DNA from: an uncultured Gammaproteobacteria bacterium
Lineage (GTDB): Bacteria; Patescibacteriota; Microgenomatia; UBA10105; UBA927
NCBI GenBank assembly: GCA_964356315.1
Contig: CAYHHA010000001.1
Coordinates: 51,299-115,298, forward strand
Direction of reading: 5' to 3'
DNA length: 64,000 nucleotides
The position numbers and the translations under genes were made by a program. The notes under the pieces are model-generated. The model ran no database searches. It saw only the letters and a list, made by a program, of their open reading frames with translations, and was not told where the DNA came from. Positions 30,041-39,586 of the stretch are shown one piece after another (the first letter of the stretch is position 1; every line of letters starts with the position of its first letter).

Positions 30041-32227
30041 ATGGAGTCATCATTTGTGCTATTGGAAGTAAAAAACTCCCGGGAAAGTGAAGAAACGCCA
30101 GCTGCGATGGAGCAGGTGTATGCGGCGCTCGGCGCGACAGCGGGGCATGGTGGTTTTCTTGCTTCGTTATTCGGCCCGCGTCACGCTCCAAAATTTTTCA
30201 GCCTTGAACTAGTCTCTGTAAACTCACGACTGCATTTTTTCATCGGCATGCCATCTCTTTCTCAGTCATATGTAGAGAGTCAGATCACCGCGCAGTACCC
30301 GAAAGTGCTTTTATCTCTTTCTCCAGACTATGTTCCACATTTTTTTACACTGCCTCACACCAGTGCGCATCTGACGCTCTCAAACTCGTTTTATTATCCG
30401 CTTAAAACGTATAAAGATGTAAAAGAATTGGATGTATTGGCAAGCGTGTTAGGACAAATGGCAAAATTACCAAATGATGAAGCTGCCACAGTACAGATTT
30501 GGATATCTCCAGCAGGCCACAGCTGGCAACACACAGCGGCTTCTGTTGTTGCTCGAGGGATTCCCGACCTAAGCTCTCCGACCCCTGGTCGTATGAAGCC
30601 ACACCCGCATGCGCGACTTATTGAAACAAAAATTGCTCAGGTGGGGTTTAGCGCAGCAGTACGAATTGCGACGGTCGCTGCAAACGAACACCGAGCAAAC
30701 GAACTACTTCAATCTTTAGGTGGAACGTTTGGTGTATATACATTGGGTGGAGGAAATTCTCTACAACTCACAGAACCAGCATTTTGGAATAAAAAGCGTC
30801 TAGAAAAAGCAATGATTACCAGGAGTGGTGATTTGCTTCCCCGGAACCAAATATTAAACGCATCTGAGCTTGCATCTTTGTGGCACCCGCCTGGGCTCAC
30901 GCTCTCAATGATCAAAAACATCTCATGGGGATCGCAACTCACTGGGGAGGCTCCAGAAAATTTACCCATCGCAACAGACAGCGAAGAAGAGAAAAAAGAA
31001 ATAAATTTTTTCGCCAAGGCGGAACATAAAAATAAGCTGACGACTTTCGGTATTAAAAAGGATGATCGGCGACGACATATGTATATTATTGGGAAGACGG
31101 GGACTGGAAAATCTACCATGATTGCGAATATGGCAATCAATGACATGAAAAATGGAGAAGGCGTTGCTGTCGTTGATCCACATGGAGATCTTTGTGATAT
31201 CCTTTTGGACTATGTACCGTCTCACCGAATAAATGATGTTGTCTATTTGGACCCCGCTGATATTGAGTACCCGTTTCATTTAAATCCACTGGAGGTTCGA
31301 AATCCGGCATACAAAGAGCTCGTCTCCTCTGGCATCGTGTCTATCTTCTATAAACTCTATCATTTGAGTTGGGGGCCGAGACTCGAATATATTTTACGAA
31401 ACACAATTTTAACTCTGACGAACGTTCCTGGTAGCACGCTTTTGCAGGTTCCAGAACTTCTCACGAACGAAACGTATAGAGCAAAAGTTATTGAAAAAAT
31501 GACAGATCAAGTATTAAAAAATTTCTGGCTCAATGAGTTTGCAAAAATGAGCCCACAAATGCGTTCAGAAGCGGTCTCTCCAATTTTAAATAAAGTTGGG
31601 CAGTTCTTGTCATCGCAAACAATCCGAAATATTGTGGGCAGTAGCGTCTCAACTATTGATCTGGAAGACCTGATGAATCAAGGGAAAATTGTTCTCGTTA
31701 ATTTGTCACAAGGGAAACTCGGTGAAGATACGAGCGCACTTTTGGGAGCCATGATCATCACAAAAATGCAACTCGCCGCCATGAACCGTGTGTATCTAGC
31801 AGAGGGAGATCGGAAAGATTTCTACTTGTATGTCGATGAATTCCAAAATTTTGCCACAACCTCATTTATAAAAATTTTGTCTGAAGCCCGCAAATACAGG
31901 TTGGACCTTATTCTTGCAAATCAGTACATAGGGCAAATAGATGAAGATGTGCAGAGTGCTATTTTTGGCAACGCCGGATCTATTATCTCTTTTGGCGTTG
32001 GAGCCGCAGACGCACGACTCCTCACCCGTGAGTTTGGAGAAAAATATGAAGAGAGCGAATTGGTTGCTCTTGGAAATTATGAAACAATGTTAAAGCTCTC
32101 TATCGATAACCACATGAGTTTGCCATTTAGTGCGAAAACCCTCCCGCTTCCAAAGTCCCGAAACCAAAATAGGGAAAAGGTGATCCGCGCCTCGAGGGAA
32201 AGATATACGAAGAGAGTTGTGAAATAA
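30041..32227 (+). CDS. VirD4/TraG/TraD-like (FtsK/HerA-superfamily) P-loop ATPase, putative type IV coupling protein
   Basis: Walker A YIIGKTGTGKST followed by VAVVDPHGD (T4CP-like), Walker B YLYVDEFQNFA; 728 aa; no clear N-terminal TM, so the call is family-level only. Confidence 0.55.
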   Translation: MESSFVLLEVKNSRESEETPAAMEQVYAALGATAGHGGFLASLFGPRHAPKFFSLELVSVNSRLHFFIGMPSLSQSYVESQITAQYPKVLLSLSPDYVPHFFTLPHTSAHLTLSNSFYYPLKTYKDVKELDVLASVLGQMAKLPNDEAATVQIWISPAGHSWQHTAASVVARGIPDLSSPTPGRMKPHPHARLIETKIAQVGFSAAVRIATVAANEHRANELLQSLGGTFGVYTLGGGNSLQLTEPAFWNKKRLEKAMITRSGDLLPRNQILNASELASLWHPPGLTLSMIKNISWGSQLTGEAPENLPIATDSEEEKKEINFFAKAEHKNKLTTFGIKKDDRRRHMYIIGKTGTGKSTMIANMAINDMKNGEGVAVVDPHGDLCDILLDYVPSHRINDVVYLDPADIEYPFHLNPLEVRNPAYKELVSSGIVSIFYKLYHLSWGPRLEYILRNTILTLTNVPGSTLLQVPELLTNETYRAKVIEKMTDQVLKNFWLNEFAKMSPQMRSEAVSPILNKVGQFLSSQTIRNIVGSSVSTIDLEDLMNQGKIVLVNLSQGKLGEDTSALLGAMIITKMQLAAMNRVYLAEGDRKDFYLYVDEFQNFATTSFIKILSEARKYRLDLILANQYIGQIDEDVQSAIFGNAGSIISFGVGAADARLLTREFGEKYEESELVALGNYETMLKLSIDNHMSLPFSAKTLPLPKSRNQNREKVIRASRERYTKRVVK

Positions 32228-32282
32228 TGGTTCATGGTTCATGGTTCATGGTTCATGGTTCATGGTTCATGGTTCATGGTTC
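32227..32282. repeat. Perfect (ATGGTTC)x8 heptanucleotide array (the ATGAACC unit in inverted orientation), starting at the stop codon of the upstream ATPase gene
   Basis: Read directly; TAA stop of gene 30041..32227 overlaps the first unit. Confidence 0.95.
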
Positions 32283-32292
32283 AGGGGGAAGC

Positions 32293-32640
32293 ATGTTTAA
32301 TTTTGAAAAACTGCGTGTGTACGAGGATTCTTTGGAGTTTGTAGATCGTGTGTATGAGGAAATTTTCTTGTGGCCTAAAGATGAAAAATTTGGACTCGCT
32401 GATCAGTTTAAACGAGCTGCATATTCAATCACACTAAACATTGCAGAAGGAACAAGTAGGACAAAAAAGGATTTTAGCCGCTTCTTAGATTTATCCAGAG
32501 GGTCGTGTTATGAGTGTGTCTCAATACTTAAAATTGCACTGAACAGAAAGTATTTATCACCTGAAAAATATCTTGTGTTATATAATGATCTTGAAATTCT
32601 TTCAAAGAAAATAAGTGCTCTCAAAAATTCTCTACTATGA
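32293..32640 (+). CDS. Four-helix-bundle protein of the 23S-rRNA-IVS-protein / DGR Avd family
   Basis: MFNFEKLRVYEDSLEFVDRVYEEI...ADQFKRAAYSITLNIAEG...SRGSCYECVSIL matches the conserved pattern of PF05635-type four-helix bundle proteins. Start moved to ATG 32293, after the repeat-derived pseudo-N-terminus. Confidence 0.75.
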   Translation: MFNFEKLRVYEDSLEFVDRVYEEIFLWPKDEKFGLADQFKRAAYSITLNIAEGTSRTKKDFSRFLDLSRGSCYECVSILKIALNRKYLSPEKYLVLYNDLEILSKKISALKNSLL

Positions 32641-32720
32641 ACCATGAACTATGAACCATTAACAGTCTACTATCAACCATTAACAGTCTACTATCAACCA
32701 TGAACTACGAACCATGAACA
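32634..32720. repeat. Degenerate heptamer array (ACTATGA ACCATGA ACTATGA ACCATTA ACAGTCT ACTATCA x2 ... ACCATGA ACA), ATGAACC orientation, containing a 21-nt direct duplication
   Basis: Read directly. Includes the TGA stop of the 4HB gene and the ATG start of nadD; ccattaacagtctactatcaa is duplicated at 32657-32677 and 32678-32698. Confidence 0.85.
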
Positions 32721-33274
32721 TTTCTTTACTCGGTGGGGCATTTAACCCACCACATAACGGACATTTGATGATCGCCCAGCAAGTGTTAGATTTTACTAAC
32801 ACTGATGAGGTGTGGTTTTTACCAAATTTCAATCAGAGTCCTCCAAAGCCAGTGGCGTCTATGGAAGATCGATTGGCTATGACACAGCTCTTGGATTTGC
32901 CAAAGACCCGCGTGTCGACCATTGAAATAGATAGCAAGCTTGACGGAGAAACGATTCACATCCTGCCATATTTACCGAAAGAGCATTCATTTTCTTTTAT
33001 CATCGGGTCAGACCAGCTGCCAACACTTCATTATTGGCAAGGATGGGAGGAGCTCCTCCAACAAATGCCATTTTTTGTGTTCCCAAGGTACGGGTATCCG
33101 AACGAACCACTGTATCCAAATATGCACGTTATATCTGATGAACTTCTTGTTGGAAGCAATATTTCCTCTACAAAAATCCGCGAAAGGGTAAAGCGAGGTC
33201 TCCCGATAGACCAACTGGTACCACAAAACATAGCAGAATATATTAGGAAGGCTGGTTTGTACAAGACCTCTTAA
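32714..33274 (+). CDS. nadD: Nicotinate-nucleotide adenylyltransferase
   Basis: N-terminal LLGGAFNPPHNGHL (HxGH nucleotidyltransferase motif); 186 aa. Confidence 0.85.
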   Translation: MNISLLGGAFNPPHNGHLMIAQQVLDFTNTDEVWFLPNFNQSPPKPVASMEDRLAMTQLLDLPKTRVSTIEIDSKLDGETIHILPYLPKEHSFSFIIGSDQLPTLHYWQGWEELLQQMPFFVFPRYGYPNEPLYPNMHVISDELLVGSNISSTKIRERVKRGLPIDQLVPQNIAEYIRKAGLYKTS

Positions 33275-33297
33275 CAGGTCTTGACAGATGACCTGTT
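33273..33297. promoter_or_regulatory. Palindromic operator-like element overlapping a TTGACA -35 hexamer upstream of the antitoxin gene
   Basis: AACAGGTC-ttgacagat-GACCTGTT (8-bp arms), 20 nt upstream of the Phd-like start. Confidence 0.4.
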
Positions 33298-33316
33298 TAT
33301 ATATACCATATAGTGT

Positions 33317-33556
33317 ATGAATACTATCTCAATATCTCAGCTAAAAATAAATCCAGCTTCAGCGATAGCTACCGCCATTGATTATCCGCTGGCAGTAGAG
33401 AGTCGAAATAAAATCGAAGCATACCTTGTGGGTAAAACACTGTTTGAAAAAATAATCTCCATGATCGAAGATAAAACAGACACTGTCGTGGTTAAGAGGA
33501 CAGATTTTTCAAAAGGGAAAAATTTTGAGAATGTTGCAGGCGAACTAGGCATATGA
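33317..33556 (+). CDS. Phd/YefM-family type II antitoxin
   Basis: MNTISISQLKINPASAIATAIDYPLAV... resembles the YefM/Phd N-terminal fold; 4-nt ATGA overlap with the downstream toxin. Confidence 0.6.
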   Translation: MNTISISQLKINPASAIATAIDYPLAVESRNKIEAYLVGKTLFEKIISMIEDKTDTVVVKRTDFSKGKNFENVAGELGI

Positions 33557-33816
33557 ATATCCGAATATCGCCCCGGGCAGAAAATGAATTTAAGAAACTT
33601 CCCAAATTTGACCAGATTGCCATTGCTCAAAAAATTCGATCACTTGCTGGCCCCTCTGTCTTGGTGGAAGAGAAGCTTTCCGGGTTCCAATTCATTTTTA
33701 GGGTTCGGGTGGGAAGTTATAGAATCGTATACAAAAAAACAAACGATGAGCGATATATCGTCCTTATCGGACACAGAAAAGATATATACAAAAAACTTGA
33801 AGATTTGTTGAGATAA
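33553..33816 (+). CDS. RelE/ParE-family type II toxin (mRNA interferase)
   Basis: ...FRVRVGSYRIVYKKTNDERYIVLIGHRKDIYK: canonical RelE/ParE C-terminal core. Confidence 0.75.
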   Translation: MNIRISPRAENEFKKLPKFDQIAIAQKIRSLAGPSVLVEEKLSGFQFIFRVRVGSYRIVYKKTNDERYIVLIGHRKDIYKKLEDLLR

Positions 33817-33843
33817 ATTTTATAAAGATTCTATAATAGTACC

Positions 33844-33946
33844 ATGGATATGGGAATGTCCTTAGAATGCAGGTTGAAATTATCATATAATGTATGAGAA
33901 ATCTCGTGAAGAGCAGTATGTTCTTTTGATTCACCATAGAAAAGAT
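33844..33946 (+). pseudogene. Frameshifted, truncated second copy of the RelE-family toxin gene
   Basis: Frame 1 gives MDMGMSLECRLKLSYNV* and frame 2 continues NYHIMYEKSREEQYVLLIHHRKD. Together these parallel FRVRVGSYRIVYKKTNDERYIVLIGHRKD of the intact toxin immediately upstream. Confidence 0.5.
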
Positions 33947-34082
33947 AGCCACAAAGCCCCAGGGGGTATTTGTGAGAGATTAGATTTTTACCTCCTTCCT
34001 CTAGGTCGTAGCACTTGCAATGAAAAGCGAATTGCGACCCAATCGTCTTTGAGATACAATTGATAGGTATTCGGAGAAATGT

Positions 34083-37000
34083 ATGAATGAAATAGATAAG
34101 GGGCCATGGAGATTTTTCAAAGATCTAATAAATAAAATACGTAAAGAGCCTATTAAACCACCTGAAAAACCGGTGTATAAGAAAGTAGCCGAGATACGCC
34201 CGCGGAATCGTCCAGAAAGAGTCCTCAAAAAGGCTGACACAGAAAATCTTCAAAAAAAAGAGGTTTCAAAAAAGATAGATAATATTGGTAGGCCACCCTC
34301 CCCAAAAGAAGCTATTGATATATTAAGCGACGCTACAGCGTCAAGCACAGTTGAAGGAGCAAGGCTCGTGTTGGGTCTCCAGCAACTTAAATCTGTTGAT
34401 TGGTCAGCTGTTGACAAGAAAGCAGAATGGCAAAAAATCAACACTGCAATTCTCGGATTGCCTAAAACAGAGTCTCTTACAAGCGCGGATGATATTTTCC
34501 TAAGACAAGCTGCGGAAAAATATGCATCTGTATTTTATTATCAAAATGTTGCAGAAATTGCGGCGGTTCCTGGTTCCGTTGATTGGGTGGGCCCACATAA
34601 AGATTTTGCCGAAGCTCATGCAAGGGATTTGACAGAGCGTACCGCACAGATACAGCGAGCTGAATCTGAAGGTGTAAGCGCACAAAACATTTTGAAAGAC
34701 CTGGATGATGGCCATAAAGATAATCCTCAAACTGTTGAAGAGATAGGTAAGCTTGCCTGGCCCCCCAAACAATACACAGCGGATGATGGATCTAGGCGTA
34801 TTGGAGCGCTATTGGGGGCTTCGGATTATGCCGATTGGATACAAACTGCAGCAGGAAAAACTGATAATCCGCAGGTGATTTCGTTTCTTGTAAACTTGGC
34901 GGAATCTGGCCCAGATGCATTAAAGGATCCAAAATTTTTGTTCACAAAGGCAGTGCAGTTTCGAGAAAAATTAATAAAACCAATGTCGTCAGATGCTGCC
35001 TCTCGTGGCGGTCTTGATTCAATACTTCAGGACATGACAAATCAGATTCAGAAATGTGTTAAAGATGGTGCTCCTTTGTTTGAAAAAATTGGTCCAAACG
35101 AGAAAATGGGACAAATTATTGGCAAGTTTCCGGTGGTAGATTTAGAAACAAAATCAAAAATAGATACGAGCAAATGGTTTGTTAAAGATTCTGGTGGAAA
35201 AGTACACTTTTATGATGATACCACAGGTAAGATAGATGTGCCTGCAGGGTCGCCTATCGCGGATCAGTTGAACGGCTTGGCTGAAGAATTTAATCGGTTA
35301 CAGAACCAAATTAATTCAGAGCCAGAGTCTCTGGTCCAAGGTAATTTGAATCTAAGGGGCACCCGAGAAAAATTGGATAGTATTATGTATGAAATTCGAG
35401 CTAAAGGAGGGGTTGTTCCAGGCATGGCGGTTGAAAAATATCAAGAATTACTGGGCCTGGAGATTGGGTTATATGATCACGGACATGATTACACTGGCTT
35501 AGGCCTTGATGAGCAGTGGAAGGTTGCCGTGCGAGAAAAGGGATTCACGGCTGTAGTAGAAGAGCAAATGCGAATTATTGAAAAGAATACAAGATCTCAT
35601 GAGGGGGATATGTATCAAGGTCAGGCGGCCGCACAAACAATGCAGTATCTGTTTGGATGGTCACAGTATCCTGGGTATATCAATGAATGGACGATTGAAT
35701 TGTCCCGAAAAGGTCTAAATAACGAGCAAATTGCAAAACGATTAAAAGAGATTCTTGACGAGCGAGATATGGCCTCAAAAATCATAAACGCTCGCAAGCA
35801 GCTATTAAGCGCCACCACGCTCTATCATGCTGCTGGGATTCCGTCTGAAAAAATGCCTCAAGTCATGTCTCCAATAGGAGATGAGGGACCACAATTTTTA
35901 TTGACCATCAATGATGGAAGAATTGCAAAAATTCGCGATTTTCTCGATGAATATTATAACAGTGGACAATTCGTGGAAGGTACAGATGATACGCGTCGAT
36001 ATTATGCCCAGACATTTGAAAAACTTAGTAAGGATATGGAGCAGGATCTTGAATATGCAAGTGACTTATTTGGGCTTACACCTGGTCAGATTGAAGAAGC
36101 AGCTTTTCTTGCTGATGAGCTTGCGACTATCACCGACCGAAAAGTAGTGATGATTGGAAAAGGAAAAGCACCTCAAGAGGACAATGTTCACCATATGTAT
36201 TTAGGTGGTGACAGAGCAGAGGAATATGCCTCTGATAGAGAATTCGGCAGGTTTAAGTTTTTCCGTTGGGCATTTTTAGACAACGTGGCTATCCATATGT
36301 ATGAATCTTCAAGTTACTTTGTAGCAAAAATGAGGGGTGCAGAAAAGGTGATAAGCGCGCGCATCGCTGAGGCAAGTAGCCGTCCGGGAGGTAAAGAAGA
36401 GCTGGTAAAAGAATTGTGTTTTATCACAGAGCGTCATATGAGTCTGCCAGAGCCAGACCGAATCAAGACTATAGAAGATCATTTGAAAACACAATTTCGT
36501 AGTAAAGACATGAGAGCAAATAAGAGAACAAAGAATGTTCTTTGGGCAAAGAAAATACCAAAAACGCTTGAAGAAGCGGCGAAGGATGAAAAATGGTTAA
36601 AAGAGCGTATGATGATTCAAGTGGGTTCCAAACAATATGATCGAAGTTTGATGTCTTATACATACTACGACTCCGGGCCCATGGTGTCTGAGGTCTTGGG
36701 GCAGATTCGGGAAATGTTTGAGCCTAATATTGCAGACACGCTTGGGATTAATATGAGCGTCAGAGATGCGTATGCTAATCTCCTTGGAGCAAAAGATCAT
36801 AGTGCAAAGCATCACGCTGAACATGCTCTTAAGCATGAGTTGCAACGGGCTGCAAAATATAATCCTTTAGAGCTCTTCCGAGCTCATGTAGCCCACCACG
36901 ATTTTTATACAAAAGACTGGTTTTCGGGTCTTGATAAAAATATAATGAATGCATTTTTATCAGATAAAGAGATGGCTAAAGGCATACAGAGCTCAGGTGA

Positions 37001-38033
37001 TCTGGTGAAAGCGCTAGGCAAACGACTGATAGCGATAGATACACTCGTTAAAGACGAGGTAAAACAGAATAAATTTATAGCCAGAATTGACTGGAGTAAA
37101 GATTTATCCGCAGAGCATTCGTCCATTGTAAGAAGAGTTCTTCAATCTTTCTCTGGCGCTTCAGGTGGAGGGGATTTGGAAATTGGGTATGAAGAATTTA
37201 CGGGTCTCATGCAAGATATTTCAACACAAGTGGTGGGACAGGACTATTCAATTCACCGCATGATGGATATCGATTACTGGGACTATGGGTATCAGACAGA
37301 ATCTGTGCATGATAGCTGGTTGGATCTACTTGAACAGCCAGATAAGTATGGAAATAAGACGGGTCACACTGATCTTATAAAATTATCACACAGGCTGGGT
37401 GCAAAAAATGGATACGGATCAGGGTCTTTGCTGGTTCGAAATCATGGAGATAAAGAACCGGCAAGAAAGTGTGGTGATTTGATGCTTCAGTTTTATACAA
37501 AAGGCATGGATCAAAAATCACTCATGGAAGCGATTAAAGAAATTGCATTTCAAGATCGTATGGTTTATGGGTCTCCTTGGGACAAACGATCTGTAATCTA
37601 CTTGCTTTCGGGACTATTAGATCAAGCAGCTGTAGACTCAGGATCTGAATGGACATTTGGGACTCTTGATTTTTTTGCACCTAAAAATTCGCCACTTCGA
37701 AGATTGCTAAATGAAAAAGCTGAGGGGTGGACTATACATGACCGATATGAATTCGTGGAAATTATGGAAAATCAAATCCGATCTAATCTTCATGAGATTG
37801 ACCACGAAATGGCAGATGGATTTTTGCAATATGTGAAAATAAATATGAGTCTCCCTGGTTTTAATAAAATAGCAAACGGTAATGTGTGGAAGAAACGCAT
37901 GTATACTGTCGGCGCTATCGCAGCTGTTTCAGGTGCAATTGCGCTAGGAGGTGTGTTTTTAAGCGAGGCAAAAGTAACTTCTCCTGGGTCAGGCGGTGGT
38001 GGCGGGGATGAACATGTGCCACAACATCATTAG
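34083..38033 (+). CDS. Giant (1316 aa) acidic hypothetical protein with C-terminal TM anchor and poly-Gly tail; T4SS-locus cargo or structural component
   Basis: No recognisable domain. Single C-terminal TM (VGAIAAVSGAIALGGVFL) followed by SPGSGGGGGDEH; convergent with the VirB6-like gene. Confidence 0.5.
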   Translation: MNEIDKGPWRFFKDLINKIRKEPIKPPEKPVYKKVAEIRPRNRPERVLKKADTENLQKKEVSKKIDNIGRPPSPKEAIDILSDATASSTVEGARLVLGLQQLKSVDWSAVDKKAEWQKINTAILGLPKTESLTSADDIFLRQAAEKYASVFYYQNVAEIAAVPGSVDWVGPHKDFAEAHARDLTERTAQIQRAESEGVSAQNILKDLDDGHKDNPQTVEEIGKLAWPPKQYTADDGSRRIGALLGASDYADWIQTAAGKTDNPQVISFLVNLAESGPDALKDPKFLFTKAVQFREKLIKPMSSDAASRGGLDSILQDMTNQIQKCVKDGAPLFEKIGPNEKMGQIIGKFPVVDLETKSKIDTSKWFVKDSGGKVHFYDDTTGKIDVPAGSPIADQLNGLAEEFNRLQNQINSEPESLVQGNLNLRGTREKLDSIMYEIRAKGGVVPGMAVEKYQELLGLEIGLYDHGHDYTGLGLDEQWKVAVREKGFTAVVEEQMRIIEKNTRSHEGDMYQGQAAAQTMQYLFGWSQYPGYINEWTIELSRKGLNNEQIAKRLKEILDERDMASKIINARKQLLSATTLYHAAGIPSEKMPQVMSPIGDEGPQFLLTINDGRIAKIRDFLDEYYNSGQFVEGTDDTRRYYAQTFEKLSKDMEQDLEYASDLFGLTPGQIEEAAFLADELATITDRKVVMIGKGKAPQEDNVHHMYLGGDRAEEYASDREFGRFKFFRWAFLDNVAIHMYESSSYFVAKMRGAEKVISARIAEASSRPGGKEELVKELCFITERHMSLPEPDRIKTIEDHLKTQFRSKDMRANKRTKNVLWAKKIPKTLEEAAKDEKWLKERMMIQVGSKQYDRSLMSYTYYDSGPMVSEVLGQIREMFEPNIADTLGINMSVRDAYANLLGAKDHSAKHHAEHALKHELQRAAKYNPLELFRAHVAHHDFYTKDWFSGLDKNIMNAFLSDKEMAKGIQSSGDLVKALGKRLIAIDTLVKDEVKQNKFIARIDWSKDLSAEHSSIVRRVLQSFSGASGGGDLEIGYEEFTGLMQDISTQVVGQDYSIHRMMDIDYWDYGYQTESVHDSWLDLLEQPDKYGNKTGHTDLIKLSHRLGAKNGYGSGSLLVRNHGDKEPARKCGDLMLQFYTKGMDQKSLMEAIKEIAFQDRMVYGSPWDKRSVIYLLSGLLDQAAVDSGSEWTFGTLDFFAPKNSPLRRLLNEKAEGWTIHDRYEFVEIMENQIRSNLHEIDHEMADGFLQYVKINMSLPGFNKIANGNVWKKRMYTVGAIAAVSGAIALGGVFLSEAKVTSPGSGGGGGDEHVPQHH

Positions 38034-38050
38034 CCCCTTTTATAAATTTA

Positions 38051-39586
38051 TTATTCGTGATCAACTCCTGGCGGTGGTTTCCCAGCTCCAAGCATTTGAG
38101 GAGCCGCTTTCTCTCCCTTGATGTGCTTCATATAGTATATAAGGGAAGATATTTGAGATCCATAAGAGAGTGCACTTGCCAATGCTCCACCACCTCCACC
38201 TCCAGCTCCTGCGAACGCAGGCTTTGCCTTCAGCGCTTCTTTTACCGATCCAGCTACTGTTGGGATGGCAAAAAGAACACCAAGGGATACAAGTGATGCT
38301 ATTTGTGCCATATCTCCTGAGACTGGTGCATAGGGCGGTGTCCATAGTTTTCCTGCGGAGGCGTTGTTGGAAAAATGGGTAAACACATTTGCAAGCATAA
38401 ACATCCCGGCTCCGATGGGGAACACAGCTAGATTAGAGATCAGATTATTAAACCACGAAGAAAATGCAGTGCTCCCTGGTATGGCCTCCATCATAAGTTG
38501 AAGTGGCGCAAGAAGGAGCGAAAGGATAATTTGAATATAAGACATAAGGAAAAATGCCACAAGGCGAACAAACAGGAAAATAATCGCAACAGTAAGGATA
38601 ACATGAATTATAGGAATGCTTAGGCTTGCTATTCCAACTGGAGCTGCGATTAGTGCGGCCCCTGGCACTGTTGCTAATGCAAGAGCGAAAATAATTCCCC
38701 CAACAGAGAGGTATTTTGCCGTGGCCTGCGCTACAGCATTCGTCCCAAAAAGTATTTTATCTACATCCCAAGAGAGGTTGAAGAAATTTTGCATCAATCC
38801 GCCCTGTCCATAAAGCTGTTCAGGTGTTTTAAATCCTTGAGAGAGTGCAACCCCCTGAGGAGCGTCAAGTAGCGTTGTCGACTTGAATAGCGCAATCAAA
38901 ATATAGATAATCACATACATAAAATCGATCAAAATACCTACAATGGCATAAGAAAATGTGATGAGGATAAGCGCTAGGACAACTTTAGGGATAGCATTTT
39001 GTGCGGTGACGACCGTATGAGGGTCAATTTTTTTCCGGAACATGATCATAAAACCAAGTACAATCATGACAATTGCCATCAGTAAGTATGCGACGTTTCG
39101 AAATGCTTTCCAGACAGGCAAGAGGGGAGCCATGCCAGAAAAACCAATGCCCTGGCCTTGTGCAAACGCCTGTTGGGGTATAAATCCGAGCGTGCGACCT
39201 GTGTCTGCAATCCAGAGTCCTGTATCTGCGGGTCTTTGTGTAAATGTTAAAGCCACAACGTCATTTAATTTCCCAAATGCGCTGTTTTGTATATATGTTT
39301 GCATATCTGCTGGATTGTCTGTGCAGTCAAAGCCAACTCCTAAGCATGACAGTGAATATAATCCATAAATATTGCTTGAGTGTACAGATGATTCCGAATT
39401 CATGGGTGTACCTTGTAGAGCTTTGCCAAATTGGGAAGGAGGCGGAAATTTCCAGGACTCTGCAGCGTGTACAGTGACAGTCAAAGAAAAACAGAGTGCT
39501 ATGCCAGCTAGGTAGAGTGATATGGTGTGTAAATATCTCTTCATGCTTCCTCTATTATTGAGTAATTGTGTTATGGCGTCAATCAT
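38051..39586 (-). CDS. VirB6/TrbL-like polytopic inner-membrane protein (putative T4SS channel component)
   Basis: Signal peptide (LYLAGIALCFSLTVTVHA), about 120-aa periplasmic segment, then six or more TM helices and a Gly-rich tail; directly upstream of the pilin gene array. Confidence 0.4.
   Translation of the reverse strand: MIDAITQLLNNRGSMKRYLHTISLYLAGIALCFSLTVTVHAAESWKFPPPSQFGKALQGTPMNSESSVHSSNIYGLYSLSCLGVGFDCTDNPADMQTYIQNSAFGKLNDVVALTFTQRPADTGLWIADTGRTLGFIPQQAFAQGQGIGFSGMAPLLPVWKAFRNVAYLLMAIVMIVLGFMIMFRKKIDPHTVVTAQNAIPKVVLALILITFSYAIVGILIDFMYVIIYILIALFKSTTLLDAPQGVALSQGFKTPEQLYGQGGLMQNFFNLSWDVDKILFGTNAVAQATAKYLSVGGIIFALALATVPGAALIAAPVGIASLSIPIIHVILTVAIIFLFVRLVAFFLMSYIQIILSLLLAPLQLMMEAIPGSTAFSSWFNNLISNLAVFPIGAGMFMLANVFTHFSNNASAGKLWTPPYAPVSGDMAQIASLVSLGVLFAIPTVAGSVKEALKAKPAFAGAGGGGGGALASALSYGSQISSLIYYMKHIKGEKAAPQMLGAGKPPPGVDHE

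Noticed and set aside
32293-32640. 23S rRNA intervening sequence / rRNA operon
   Set aside because: The 4HB protein family is named for IVS-encoded ORFs, but no rRNA sequence is present in the flanks; the gene is free-standing.
34001-34240. 79-aa minus-strand ORF overlapping the start of the 1316-aa gene
   Set aside because: Overlaps the 5' end and RBS region of a strongly coding plus-strand gene; no motif.
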